Shown here piece after piece: positions 47,401 through 59,093 of a DNA stretch of 64,000 bases (the stretch's first letter is position 1; the number at the start of each line of letters is the position of its first letter). Under the pieces are notes generated by a model, which saw nothing but the letters and a program-made list of their open reading frames with translations, had not been told where the DNA came from and did no database searches. The DNA lies in NCBI RefSeq assembly GCF_037042905.1, contig NC_087245.1:17422001-17486000 (forward strand), read 5' to 3'. The position numbers and the translations under genes are program-made. This DNA is from Lytechinus pictus (Eukaryota).

Positions 47401-50400
47401 CCTCCCCCATAACGGTCATGTTCTGCAATACAGGGGTCTGCAAATCTCTCTCCTGGTCGCCTCCAGACTCTCGAACGTCCATCATTGTGGTCAAGGGAAA
47501 ATCTGCTCTCATCTGTGAACAGAACTCTACGCCATTGCTGTCTGGTCCATCTGACATGCTCCCGGGCCCAGTTGAGACAAATTCTTCTGTGAGCAGGGGT
47601 GAGTGGGACACACTGAGCTGGCCGTCTGGCATGCATATTGGCTCTGTGAAGTCGGTTACGGATTGTTTGAGTGGAAACAATCACTCCAGTTGCTGCAGCG
47701 AAGTCATTGTTGAGGCGGCGTGCACTGTGAAAGCGGTTGCGGAGGCTGAGATTCGTCAAGTAGCGATCATCTCTAGGGGTTGTCGAAACTGGTCGGCCAC
47801 TGCGGGGTCTCTCGGAGTATAGCCCCGTCTCTCGGAGTATAGCCCCGTCTCTCGGTGTCTTTGATTTGCTCTGCTAATGACACTGTGTGACACGCCCATC
47901 ATTCTGGCTACTCTTCGCTGACTGAGGCCAGCTTCCAGCATCCCTAGGGCTCTGGCTACATCTGTTTCACTTAGGTGGTGTCTTGGCATTGCTGTTGTAG
48001 GCAAGTTGTTGATTGTACAGACTAAAGACGGAAAATGCTTTGGAAGACACTTGTCTTATGGCCCACTGCAATGATGCCAGAGACATCATGAAAGAACTGC
48101 ATGTGTGAAATTGATGTCATTGTGTTTGATGGCATTCTGGACAGCTGTATCTTGGCATTGCTATTGTCAGCAAGTTGTTGATTGTAGAGACTAAAGACAG
48201 AAAATGCTTTGGAAGCCACTTTTGTACGGGCACATTGCAATGATGCAAGAGACATGAAAGAACTGCATGTGTGAAATTGATTTCATTGTGTTTGATGGCA
48301 TCCTGGACAGCTGTATCTTGGCATTGCTGTTGTCAGCAATTTGTTGATTGTAGAGACTAAAGACAGAAAATGCATTTGAATCCACATTTGTACCACTTCA
48401 CAATGGGCCCACTTTTCAGGATATGCAATAATGCGAGAGACATCATGCAACAACTGAAACCACCCATGTGTGAAATTGTTACAGGGTGTTTGAGGAGATT
48501 CAAGACAGGAGTGAGGTACAGGGATGAGGTCCTTGAACCTATAGTGGTGCCATTTGCAGAAAATGTGGGACAAAACATCATTTTCATGGATGACAATGCC
48601 CGTGCCCACCGAGCTAGGGTGGTGACCGAGTTCCTTGAGGGCCAGGGGATTGAGCGTATGGAGTGGCCAGCGAGGTCCCCGGACTTAAACCCGATAGAGC
48701 ACGTCTGGGACATGATGGGGAGGAGTCTCGAGCAGCTCGAAGCCCATCCACTTGGACTGCAGCAGCTGGGTGTGGCTCTGGAGGCTGCATGGGATGCACT
48801 GGACGTCAGAGACATCAATCGCCTCATCAGCTCCATGAGACAGCGCTGTGAAGCCGTTATTGCTGCAGGAGGTGGTCACACTCGTTACTGAACTGCCTGA
48901 AAGACACTCAGACATTCGTTTTTACCACTTCATGTCGGTAGCTGATACCCCTCGGGGCCCACTTTTCAGGATGTGCAGTGATGCGAGAGACATTGTGCAA
49001 CAACTGAAACCACCCATGCGTGAAATTGATTACAGCGTGTTTAAGGACATTTAGGACAGTTGTACTGAGGTATTTCCAGAAATAAAACACCTTGTATAAA
49101 ATCTTTATGTACGTTTTAAAAAGTGGTCCTTAACTTTTTTTTAGTAGTGTATAAGAGGATTATCGTAAAACAAATATTGTCAAAGATTCAATCTAAGGCA
49201 ACTTGTGAAAAGTCTGTGCTGCCTGCTGCGTCTTTTAGCAGGATTCCTGCAATAAAAATGCTATGCATCTTTTCATTGTAGCTTTGCTGCAGTCCCCATT
49301 ATGTTGTCAATATGGTGACTGTGATGACTTGCAATGAAAAGCTGCTTGCAGGATTCCTGCAGGAAAGATACAGCTCTGACTTTCAACAAGGTGCCTACAA
49401 TATGACACAGACAAAATTTACAATTAAACCATATAAAGTTTGGTTTCCAAAAAAGATGTCAAAATGTGCCGTGTTTCTTTAGAATACAATAATAAAACCA
49501 TTTCTCAATCATGGAATGGAGAAAAAAAATCAGGATCCAATATTGGTAAAAATATTCATCTTTAAATGCCAAAGTTAATCATGTGCAGAGACAATCTTAC
49601 CCTTGTTGGGATGCACCAAACTTGACACCACTGATTTTAAAGAGCGTATTAAGATCCATCTCTAACGCATGAAGACAGTTGAATGATGCCGTTTTCATTT
49701 TACTGTTAAGAAAGAAACATGGTGAATTTCAGTCAAACAAAAGTCCATACCAAAAAGCACAACACACCTGCCACCATAATTTCTAATGAAATAATGGTGA
49801 AATATTATTCAATAGAATTAAAATTGTGCGAGTATTGAGGCATATACATTATTAAACAAAGAATACGATTCATTTTTTTCCTTTTTTATGATATCACCAG
49901 AGAATTAATAGTTGATGATGCTTCTGTATCAGTAGACAATATCAGCATATTATATTAATTCATTGGAAGATTTGTAATTTGAATGGTAACAATTTCCCCT
50001 TCAAAACAAGTCATTACCATGATCAAATGGATCAATGTTTGATTTTACAACCGTCTGATTACAAAAATTACCTCATTCACCTGTTAGGGGGAGGGGAAAA
50101 GTATCTTCCCTGAAAGCTGCCAAAATTTCCCCATGTACTCTCCATATTTCCTTATTAAATAAGTACTTTGATTTAGTTGGAAAATACCAAAAAAATGAAG
50201 AATATTCCATTCTTTCTTGACTCTCAGAGATTGATTTCTGGAACGAAGCTCACCTGTCTCCTCCAAGCTGGTACATTTGACACAATCCTTTTAGATGCTC
50301 TGTGAATTCTTTAAAATCATTCTTCCTTAACACCTCACACATCTCCTCACAACTCTGTCAACAAATAAAACAATGGCAGTGTTAGAAATAATAAAAACAA

Positions 50401-52419
50401 AATAACAATATCAATGTTACTACTAATCATTANNNNNNNNNNNNNNNNNNNNNNNNNNNNNNNNNNNNNNNNNNNNNNNNNNNNNNNNNNNNNNNNNNNN
50501 NNNNNNNNNNNNNNNNNNNNNNNNNNNNNNNNNNNNNNNNNNNNNNNNNNNNNNNNNNNNNNNNNNNNNNNNNNNNNNNNNNNNNNNNNNNNNNNNNNNN
50601 NNNNNNNNNNNNNNNNNNNNNNNNNNNNNNNNNNNNNNNNNNNNNNNNNNNNNNNNNNNNNNNNNNNNNNNNNNNNNNNNNNNNNNNNNNNNNNNNNNNN
50701 NNNNNNNNNNNNNNNNNNNNNNNNNNNNNNNNNNNNNNNNNNNNNNNNNNNNNNNNNNNNNNNNNNNNNNNNNNNNNNNNNNNNNNNNNNNNNNNNNNNN
50801 NNNNNNNNNNNNNNNNNNNNNNNNNNNNNNNNNNNNNNNNNNNNNNNNNNNNNNNNNNNNNNNNNNNNNNNNNNNNNNNNNNNNNNNNNNNNNNNNNNNN
50901 NNNNNNNNNNNTGGCATTCTGCTCAAATCATTTGTGTGATTATAAATGCATGACTTGTGTACTTTATATCAACACCACAATGAAGCATTCCTCTTTATGT
51001 GTAAGATAATAAGTTTGAAGTACCAAGTTAACAAATATATCATGGATATGGATGCCATCCTACCACGTAAGATTTCCAATGTCTTTCTATACTATCTTTA
51101 ATGTATTAAGTGTCTTAACACTCTTTTTCTTTAATATCACAGTTTCAGACTGGTCAAACAATTCTTAGTCCAGATTTGAAAAAGCTATGTACAGGGGAAG
51201 GTGTGTGTTAAATTCAGGGGCGGATCCAGGATTTTCCAAAAGGGGGGGGGCACATTTTCTGAGGAAAAATTTGACAAGCAAAAAAAAAAAAAGGTCTTCA
51301 CTTTCAAAGGGGGGGGGGGCAAACTTCTGTTTTAACAGCATTTTTACATGTATAGTACATCAAAAATTGGACGAACTGGCATTAGACGAATTGGAAATAA
51401 ACCAATTAAAAATACACCTATGTACATGACAAGACAAAGGAACAGATAATTAAATACAACTCTTAACCTTACACAACGTTAACACCACAGAACTACTGTA
51501 CATGCTTACAACTACCAAGTTAACACTGAGCACATAACTCTTACCTGTGTATTACCACTCATGCCATGCACAACAATCACATCTTTAACACCACCATGAG
51601 GTGCTAGCTTCACTTCCACATAGAAGCAGTCTGAACTGAGGTACCCAATGTCAATGCTCCAGTTGGATTTCAACCTGTTGATAAATGTACATGTATTTAC
51701 ATTGTTATATTTGCCAGAATATGTTAAACATTGTTGTTCAAACATGACTAACAATTTCTTTATTTGTTGCCATTTATCCTTTTTCAGTAATTTTTTTTCT
51801 AAAATATACAAGTTTCTGATCCTTCTTCCAACTCTGAAATGGCACACTGCTTAAATTCAAACCATATACATGTACTTTAGGGTAAGAAATCTTTAGGGGT
51901 TACATATACACCATCAGCCCTTTGTGGCATACCAGAAAGGCCTACACAAAATATTCTGTACAGTGATGGAACTTTTATGCAGCCAACAACATACCCTTCC
52001 TCATGCTTCTTTGGACAAAATAATTCAATAACATTTAGCAACAAGACACTTCATCTCAAATTAAAAGGGATAACTACATACTTCGTTCAATAAATGAATT
52101 AGATATGTCAGTTGATCTTCTGTCTAAATATATACAACCCCTTTTCCCTAAAAAAAACAAAGCCCATCAACAGAGCTGCCAAGTTGTATTTTGCATTTTC
52201 AGTATTCTTATCCCCCAAAATCAGTATTTTGACAAAAAAAATCAGTATTTTTACCGTGTGAGATAAATATTTTGTATTTTCCCCCAAAAAAGTGTATTTC
52301 ATAATAAAATGCTTGGTGCACTTGCCCATCACGGGGCTCAAGCTGCATGCAAGCTAAAATGCGCACTGCTCTTGCAGATGAAAAAAAAAAACATTGAAAC
52401 TTGTGTATATCTCATCCTG

Positions 52420-52452
<33 letters not shown>

Positions 52453-55400
52453 AAACGTATTTTTTAAAGAAAAAAAACGAACTGCCATATTTTGGTTGCA
52501 AAAACGTACTAAATACGGCTAAAACGTACTGGTATGCAGGTCTGCATCAACACATCGCAGGTGTGACCATCCTACCCAATAAAATGGTGGGCAGCTATGT
52601 TTGTTTTTACTTTTCTTCTGGAACTTATTGCAAACTGGGGTGCAATTGAATACAACTCAAAAAACCCAAATGCAACTTGACTTTCAACCAATCAGAAGAC
52701 TGCATTTGGGACTAAAGTTTGATCTTGCAGTTGTATTAGAATAGAGCTCATTTTGAAACAGGCCCCCAACATTTTACATTTAAAGGAGAAGTTTCACCAA
52801 GAAGAAAAGTTTGTTGTAAAAATAGCAGAAAAAATGATAAAAAATCTTTATGAAGGTTTGAGGAAAATCAGTTAAAGATTACATGTAAGAAAGTTATTAG
52901 AATTCTAAGATTTTGGATCTGTGACATCATAAATGAGCAGCTGCCTCAAATGTCATATAAAATACATGTACAATGCATTGAATTTCATTTTCTTAATGGT
53001 TCCTGATGACTTATTTTTGTTTTCCTTTCATGTTCGGGTGTGAAATGATTTGTCTATTGATATACATAAAGGTACAGTTAAAATCATTTTCAATTTTCTG
53101 AGAAAATGACATTTAATAAATTTTTTACCATTCCCTACATAGAAATGCTGCTCGCATATGATGTCACAAATCAAATAATTCATATTCCAATAACTTTTTA
53201 ATTCTTGAATGGATTTTTCTCAAACCTTCAGCAATATTTTCTTTCATTTTGTTTCTGTTTTTACAATAAACTTTTTGTTAGGGTGAACTTCCCCTTTAAA
53301 CTCAAATCACGAAATCAAATCCCCAATATGCGTTTTTTTTAAATCAAGTTGAATTTAAAGGTTTTGAGTAGTGTTCGATCGCAACTCTTTCTGCATCTGG
53401 GCCCCTTCATGTACATTCTCCCTGTTTTACATGTCAAATATCCTAAGGATGTGCTCCAAATGGACAAATCTTTGCTTTAATTAAAACAAAGCTTACCAAC
53501 TGAAAGTACATATACATGTAATAGATTTTTTATAATTGATTGCACATGACATGAATGATCATTGATGTAATCAACCATGAAAATCAGTCTTATGATTGAT
53601 TGTTAAGCTGTGTATTACAGACAGCAAGAGAATCCTCGTGCTTGACTTACCCAACTTGTCTTGCAATAGCATCAAGCCTTTCAGTCATTGCTGGTACGGA
53701 TGAAACTGAAGAGAGAAAATACAATAAATGATAAATAACACTGAAAGCTAGTTTCTGCTTATTAAAATTATACAATCAAAATCAGGTTGATGTCATAGTG
53801 AACATTTATTGACATTGAGGGCAATAATATCCAAAGTTCTTTGGAAGCACATACAGGCATAAGTTGACAACATGAAGTGTGCTATACAAAACCAGAATAT
53901 AATTATTATGAATATATGTATGACACGATCAACTGTGAACATGAAAAAGGTAGTGTCAGAAAGGGATAAATCATGTCACTTTATCCATGATACAATACAT
54001 GTACATAGAATGAAAGGATCAAGTACACAATTTCATCTTCTATTAAAAGCAAATGAAGAAAAGACATTTGATTTTGTTCTTGTCCATACTAAGGGCTAAA
54101 GATTATCTGTTTTCCATGATAAATGTACTAGAATTTTACACAAACCTTCAATTGCCATTTTCAGCTTTTCTAAGCACTTTTGAAGACGATTTGGGTCCAC
54201 TGGGTCCGGCTCTGTGTACTTGGACTAAAAAGAAGGAAACAAACAAAAAAAGAGATGTACATCACATGAATGACTTATTTAAAGGGGAATGAAACCTTTG
54301 GAACAAGTTGGCTTTTGTGGAAACAGACAAATCAAAGAAGATCAAAGCAAGTTTGAGAAAAATCGGACAAATAATAAGATATGAGCATTTGAATATTGCG
54401 ATCACTAATGCTAAGGAGATCCTCCAATGCGACAAATATTTGTGATGTCACATGTGAACAACTTTCCAATTGATGGACTATAAAATACCCCGAAAATGTA
54501 TATTTTTGCTCTTTCTTAGGGTGATACAAACTCTTTATCCATAATGTATTCTTTGAAAATATGTATTACATGCCCTCCTATAAAAAGAATACATGTACAT
54601 GATCTACTGATAGATGTGATAAAAGAGGCATTTTAAGTGAAATAAATAGAAAAGTAATGGGAAAATTGTTCACATGTGACATCACACATCTTTGTTGCAT
54701 TGCCAATAGGAGGATCTACATTACAATAATGATCTAAACTTCAAATGCTCATTATTCATTCAATTTTTCTCAAACTTTTGTGTACCCATTTCTTTGATTT
54801 TTCTGTTTTTGCACAAGCTATCCTGTTTCAAGGGTTTCATTTTCCTTTAACATCACAGTACATGTATACAACTTTATAAGCACACATATTGGTGGTACTA
54901 TTAAGCAGTGGAATGTATACTTCACGAACAGGAAACGATAAGTGATATACAGATTGCGTCATATCTGGACAATCAAGAGGTGGTTCTTACCACACTGGCA
55001 CTTAACCCTAAATAGACTGGGCGAACGGGGGGGGGGGGGGGGGGGGTCTGATTCAGCCCCACCATGATCTTCGCTGTCGAATGTGCAATCGCAATGAAAA
55101 TTGACATGTGCATTACCCATATCATAATCTACAAAAATTCTTCGAAAAATCACATTACTAATTTAATTATGCTAATAATAACAATAATAAAAGTCAGTTC
55201 TTGTATAGCGCATAACACATTATGAATAACGTCTCTACGCACTTCCAAAGGACTTGGATATTATTACCCTGCTTCCAGCGCTCGGCATTTCAAGGAATAA
55301 ATTCCTGCCAGGTACCCATTCACCTCACCTGGGTTGAGAGCAGCATAAAGTGGATGAATTTCTTGCTGAAGTAAACTACATGCCATGGCTGGGATTTGAA

Positions 55401-57557
55401 CCCACAACCCTCTGTTTCAAAGTCAGGAGACTAATCCACTGGGCCACAACGGTCAACAACACTAATTTTTGAAAAATATTAAAAATTTGCTCTTATTACC
55501 TAAATACATATAAGGCCTCTAAACTGCTCATCATTTATTCACACACTCTTTGCAGGATTCTCATCAAAATGTACTTGAAAAAAATCAACATCACAAATTT
55601 TTGCATATATTTTATTGTTTATTTTTTTCATTTTTTTCATTTTCTTCTGTATTTCTTAGTTTTTGTTACTTTCGTTTTCATTGCTTTTTCAATGGAGATT
55701 GTCAGCAATTTTATTCTGACCAGAAACAATATAAAATTATTTGACTTAAACCAGCAAAAGCAGAAATAGTGATACATTTATGAACTTTGGCTAAAAACAC
55801 AATTTGCACTTGATTTATACACAAATTCACGTATTTGAACGATTTCGGGTCTGACATGCACTTATGAAATGTTGCGTAATTTTGGATCGAATACCCGGAG
55901 ATCACAAAATTGGTCTCAAAATTTGCACGAGACTTGAAAGTAAAAAGTCAGCAAGCTATGCGGTAAAAAATTCAGCGCGATGGAGTATCGCAAAAAAAAT
56001 TGAAGGGGGGGCTGAATCAGCACCCCCCCCCCCCCCCGGCTTCATGTAATAAGGTTAAAGCGGAATGCAACCAAAATAAAAACTGTTTTAGAGAAAAAAG
56101 AAAAATCAGACAAGTTGATATGTAAAATTTGGAATAAGAAAGTTATACATTTTTAAAAGTTGTAAATATTGGTAATCACTATACCCATGGAGACTTCAAA
56201 TTAACTGCATACATGTACCGTAAGGGCACTAGTATTCAACCCGTTTGGAGAGTTTCCTCAAACATATAGAAATATAGAATTTACCTCAATTTCAGACCTG
56301 TCTTATTTCTAAGAGCAAATGCTGGTTACGGTATTCTTTTTGCATTATTTTTTTCTTCAACCCGTCGACTCTGTGCACGGGCGATCGAATTATACGGCAA
56401 TGGTTTTTGGCATTAGTATTCAACCTAGCGATGAAAGATGGCTCTGTCTCTCAATCTGCCCTCATCCGATCCGACTATGGACTAGACCATTTCAGATGAG
56501 ACCAAACAGGGAATTAGTTAAAGCCAGAGACTTACATAGATCTAGATCTAGTTGAGCAATCTAAACCATTTTGAGATTCGCTATCTGTCATCACTAGGTT
56601 GAATACTAGTGCAATTCAGTGCAAAAGGTCATCGCCGCATAATTCGATCCTCCTCGCATACAGTCGACAGATTGATTAAGAAAATACCGACAACAGATTA
56701 ACCTGGAAATAACAATAGTATGAAATTAAGATAAATACCCTATTTCTAAATATCTGGGGGAATTTCTCAAAATCTTTGAATTATGCCGGGTTGAATACTA
56801 GTGCCCATACGGTATGTGATGTCATAGTGATGTAAGGCAAGGACTACTCTTCCATGTACTCCAATACATAAAATTTCATGTTTTTTTTTCCAAAAGTTTC
56901 AATACAAATTATATATTTCTTTTATGAGGACATAAAACAATATACTACCAGGGTTATATTTGGATTACTGCCCCAGGGGAATGGGTACATGTACTTAGGA
57001 GAAAACAAAAAATCCCTGATAATTAAGTACATGGCCTATGGGAAAGTTGTCCTTGCCCCTTGTCATAAGTCACTTACTCAGTTGCCAATTTGAATCTACA
57101 TAGTTCTGTTTTATTTATTTTTCTCCTCTCTAACACAACATTTTATGAACAAGACTGGATTCCCCTTTAAGAATAAACTAAATCTGTCTAGATCTATACA
57201 AGCACAGTGTAATCTACAACAGTTATATTATTCTACTTAAGTTTGTCAAATAAACAGAAGAGGATATGGCCATAACAAGGGAATGTGTCTATTCCATGGC
57301 AGTTCATGGGCAGTGAAAGGTGGACATTACTTAAGACAATATTCCAAATAAGTGATGCCTAATCATCAATCCCAACATTCAAAGACCTCTTGAAGAAATT
57401 CATTGCTTCCTGCAATTTCTAGTTAAGAAAATCAATCTACTTACCATTGCGAGTCTGAGTTTTTGACTTGTATGTGACCATGCTTTGATCTGCTTAGTCG
57501 TCATCTGTAGCTTCTGCATAAGATTTGGCAGTACAGTATCATGGTCACTACCATTTT
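26851..57557 (-). CDS. MED1: Mediator of RNA polymerase II transcription subunit 1 (coding exons 2-16; ~2380 aa with candidate exon 1)
   Basis: Exons (5'->3') 57557-57445, 54224-54146, 53705-53651, 51674-51545, 50354-50254, 49702-49601, 46477-46416, 45917-45831, 44722-44611, 44248-44133, 35714-35575, 34543-34345, 33670-33575, 32891-32704, 32400-26851. All GT-AG with matching phases. Motifs PAMTERLDAIARQ, SDCFYVEV, VGYLTPRVGGHLM, YNTLIASCV, KVLQKCLSIPITMRAI, NPMLASLLQ, NPMLMNLLQ, IDDDLMDEAL match the MED1 family. Confidence 0.95.
34581..34958. repeat. 190-bp direct tandem duplication in a MED1 intron
   Basis: GTTAATTGATAA...AAACAAGCATTTTATTCAAACAA at 34581 and 34771, with only a few mismatches. 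Confidence 0.9.
38754..38915. mobile_element. Small MITE nested in the 7.7 kb element
   Basis: TIR ACCTCGGTCACATTTG / CAAACGTGACCGAGGT. Confidence 0.7.
42520..43785. repeat. Degenerate tandem array (~351-bp higher-order unit) inside the 7.7 kb element
   Basis: GACCCGTGTTATC at 42937 and 43288; AACAAGCGATTATCGTACATTG-like motif recurs about 7 times. Confidence 0.75.
45223..45529 (+). mobile_element. tRNA-derived SINE (copy 2), full length with TSD
   Basis: A-box TGGCCCAGTGG, B-box GGTTCGAATCC, shared body, (TTA)n tail; TSD TAAATGT at 45216-45222 and 45530-45536. Confidence 0.9.
46941..47989 (-). pseudogene. Tc1-family transposase, frameshifted by a 20-bp tandem duplication
   Basis: HTH N-terminus MPRHHLSETDVARALGMLEAGLSQRRVA; catalytic VLFTDESRF, MDDNARAH, PDLNPIEHVW with D-34-E spacing. 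Removing one 20-bp unit at 47807-47846 restores RPRSGRP and a 342-aa frame. Confidence 0.92.
47982..48378. repeat. ~168-bp unit repeated ~2.4 times in the Tc1 5' leader
   Basis: CTTGGCATTGCT.TTGT..GCAA.TTGTTGATTGTA.AGACTAAAGAC.GAAAATGC at ~47982, ~48150, ~48317. Confidence 0.85.
48504..48891 (+). pseudogene. Inverted duplicate of the Tc1 transposase 3' portion
   Basis: TGVRYRDEVLEP...RSPDLNPIEHVW...GGGHTRY, identical to the minus copy except S vs F in R(S/F)PDL. Confidence 0.9.
50433..50911. other. Assembly gap
   Basis: Run of N. Confidence 1.
51215..51345 (+). repeat. G-tract dispersed repeat (CAGGGGCGGATCCAGG family); relatives at ~38450-38735, ~62735-62972, ~63200-63270
   Basis: CAGGGGCGGATCCAGG followed by poly-G and poly-A tracts; the complementary CCCCCTGGATCCGCC end occurs at 62956-62970. 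Confidence 0.55.
52784..53295. mobile_element. TTAA-target MITE (Kolobok-like)
   Basis: TTAA|AGGAGAAGTTTCACC ... GGTGAACTTCCCCT|TTAA. Confidence 0.75.
54283..54846. mobile_element. TTAA-target MITE (Kolobok-like)
   Basis: TTAA|AGGGGAATGAAACC ... GGTTTCATTTTCCT|TTAA. Confidence 0.75.
55006..56054. mobile_element. piggyBac-like MITE (TTAA TSD) containing a SINE
   Basis: TTAA|CCCTA ... TAAGG|TTAA; subterminal GGGGG-CTGA.TCAGC-CCCC motifs at both ends. Confidence 0.65.
55173..55454 (-). mobile_element. tRNA-derived SINE (copy 3)
   Basis: Reverse complement aligns with 45223-45529, including head, body and TTA tail. Confidence 0.88.
56059..57166. mobile_element. TTAA-target MITE (Kolobok-like) hosting a nested element
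   Basis: TTAA|AGCGGAATGCA ... TGGATTCCCCT|TTAA; shares the TTAA at 56055-56058 with the preceding element. Confidence 0.6.
56218..56812. mobile_element. Tc1/mariner-pogo-like MITE with TA TSD
   Basis: TA|CCGTAAGGGCACTAGTATTCAACCCG ... CGGGTTGAATACTAGTGCCCATACGG|TA. Confidence 0.85.
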
Positions 57558-57759
57558 CTGCAAAAAAAGCAAACAGTTCAAAAGAATTACAAGAAGAAAC
57601 ATCAGTATTGACACAAGCAAATACTGGTTTTTAAATTGGTTTTAATTGATCCAGAGATTGACATGGGTTTATTGTAGGGATCGGGATGATTACCGATTTT
57701 CCAATCTCCTAGAAAGACACCAAATTGTAGCTGTAGGCAGACACCACGTTGGCGAAGAA

Positions 57760-58078
57760 CAATAAGAAACAAGATGACGGCGTAAACATCAAGCAAGTTT
57801 CCCCCATCTTTTCATAATATTTTTCTAGATTTTTTAATTCAACAAGAATTATTCTTGTTTAAAAATGAAATCCATATCGTAGAAATGTCGGAAATGAAGT
57901 TGTATCCCATTTACATGATTTAGGGCTAGATATTTTAGAAGGAAAGTAGAAATCTCAGGGGCGAAAGTTTCAGATTTTTTCACGGTACACGCACATGAAT
58001 GGGACGCAATCCCTGGCTCCGTGGAGAGTAAGCATACATTAGTAAATTATTTTTACTCTCTAGGAGCCTCCTGGCTAC
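57760..58078 (+). repeat. Dispersed repeat, copy of 5455-5768
   Basis: Direct alignment with 5455-5768. Confidence 0.75.
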
Positions 58079-58569
58079 CCCCCCCCCCATCCTACCGAGT
58101 GTAGTCAATACGCTTTAGATCTAATGTCTTTTTTTTCTTACATTACAAAAGATAAAGTGACACAGTTTGTCACTGGTTTTTGAGAGTGAATATTTATCGC
58201 CCGATGGTTCGGGAAGGTGTAGCGGAGGGTAGCAGTACAAGTGTAGATCTAGCGGAGCCTACACGAACCATCACCTAACTGAGGAAGTCGCGGTCTAACA
58301 TAGCCAGGAGGTTCCTGGAGATTAATGTCATATCACTGACGTGCTTAATCTCCACGGAGCCAGGGACAGGATGCCATTGCTCTACACAACCAAGGAATTG
58401 GGCAACAATAATGTTGCTCCAAAATACTTGTTTTCTTTAGGGTTTTGAGCCCAAACTTATGTAAGGCCCCCATTCCAGAGGGGAGACCTTTGAAGGACCT
58501 TTCAAAAACCAAAAATTGGCAAGGTCTTACAGCTGTCTCCAAGATCACTGAAATTTGTCATCTCTGTAC

Positions 58570-58839
58570 GATTCATAACAAAAATGGCCGATCAAGACGG
58601 GGGTAAAAGGAGAGAACTTTTTTCGTTTTTTTGAAGTTCCAGTCTGTGCCTCGATGTCAGGAAACTGCCACTCGTTAGACCTTCATCCATATAATCGTGG
58701 TAAGTGCATAATTTCTGTTTTCACAATTCATTTGGAGAAATATTTAGACCATAAATCACGCTAGTCCCATGAGTATGGTCAAATACACGGTAAGCCCCTG
58801 GGCTCCGGCCCGCTGCGCGGGCCGGAGCTCCCTGGGTTA
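58570..58839 (-). mobile_element. Inverted copy of the 8755-9093 MITE
   Basis: Reverse complement aligns over ~270 bp, including the GCTCCGGCCCGC hairpin and the GGGTTA terminus. Confidence 0.8.
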
Positions 58840-59071
58840 CCCTGGTGAGTAGCGGAACGGGTTTCGGCTAACATCATTCACGTTATGAAGCGATGTTAAC
58901 GACAACTCTAAAATCCACTACAAAAACACGATAGACCTTATCGCAAATAGATTCACGCAAAGGATCATGGGATCGCAAAGGGAGCAATAGCGCCGCTGTT
59001 GTCCGGATGCGACCATGCGAGCGCAAGCAGCCGACAATAAAGCGTAAGATTTCCATAGTGTATCAAAATAC

Positions 59072-59093
59072 GATCGACGCCTGCAGCCAACAT
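59072..59093 (-). CDS. MED1: Candidate MED1 first coding exon (MLAAGVD+1 nt)
   Basis: AAAATG context in a CpG-rich region. The 22-nt exon gives the phase-1 junction that exon 57557 requires, but the donor C|GTATTT is weak. Confidence 0.4.

Larger units (their letters stand above)
46683..49149. mobile_element. Rearranged Tc1 (DD34E) transposon forming a 646-bp inverted repeat, TA TSD
   Basis: TA|CACTACT.AAAAAAAGTTAAGGACC at both ends; 46683-47328 is the reverse complement of 48504-49149. Confidence 0.95.

Noticed and set aside
46996-48836. Several overlapping ORFs of 100-200 aa, including the 173-aa ORF at 48370
   Set aside because: Alternative-frame or antisense shadows of the transposase; the N-terminus of the 173-aa ORF is read-through of TIR sequence.
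50414-50953. ORFs of 167-179 aa (also 16609-16882)
   Set aside because: Artefacts of N runs.
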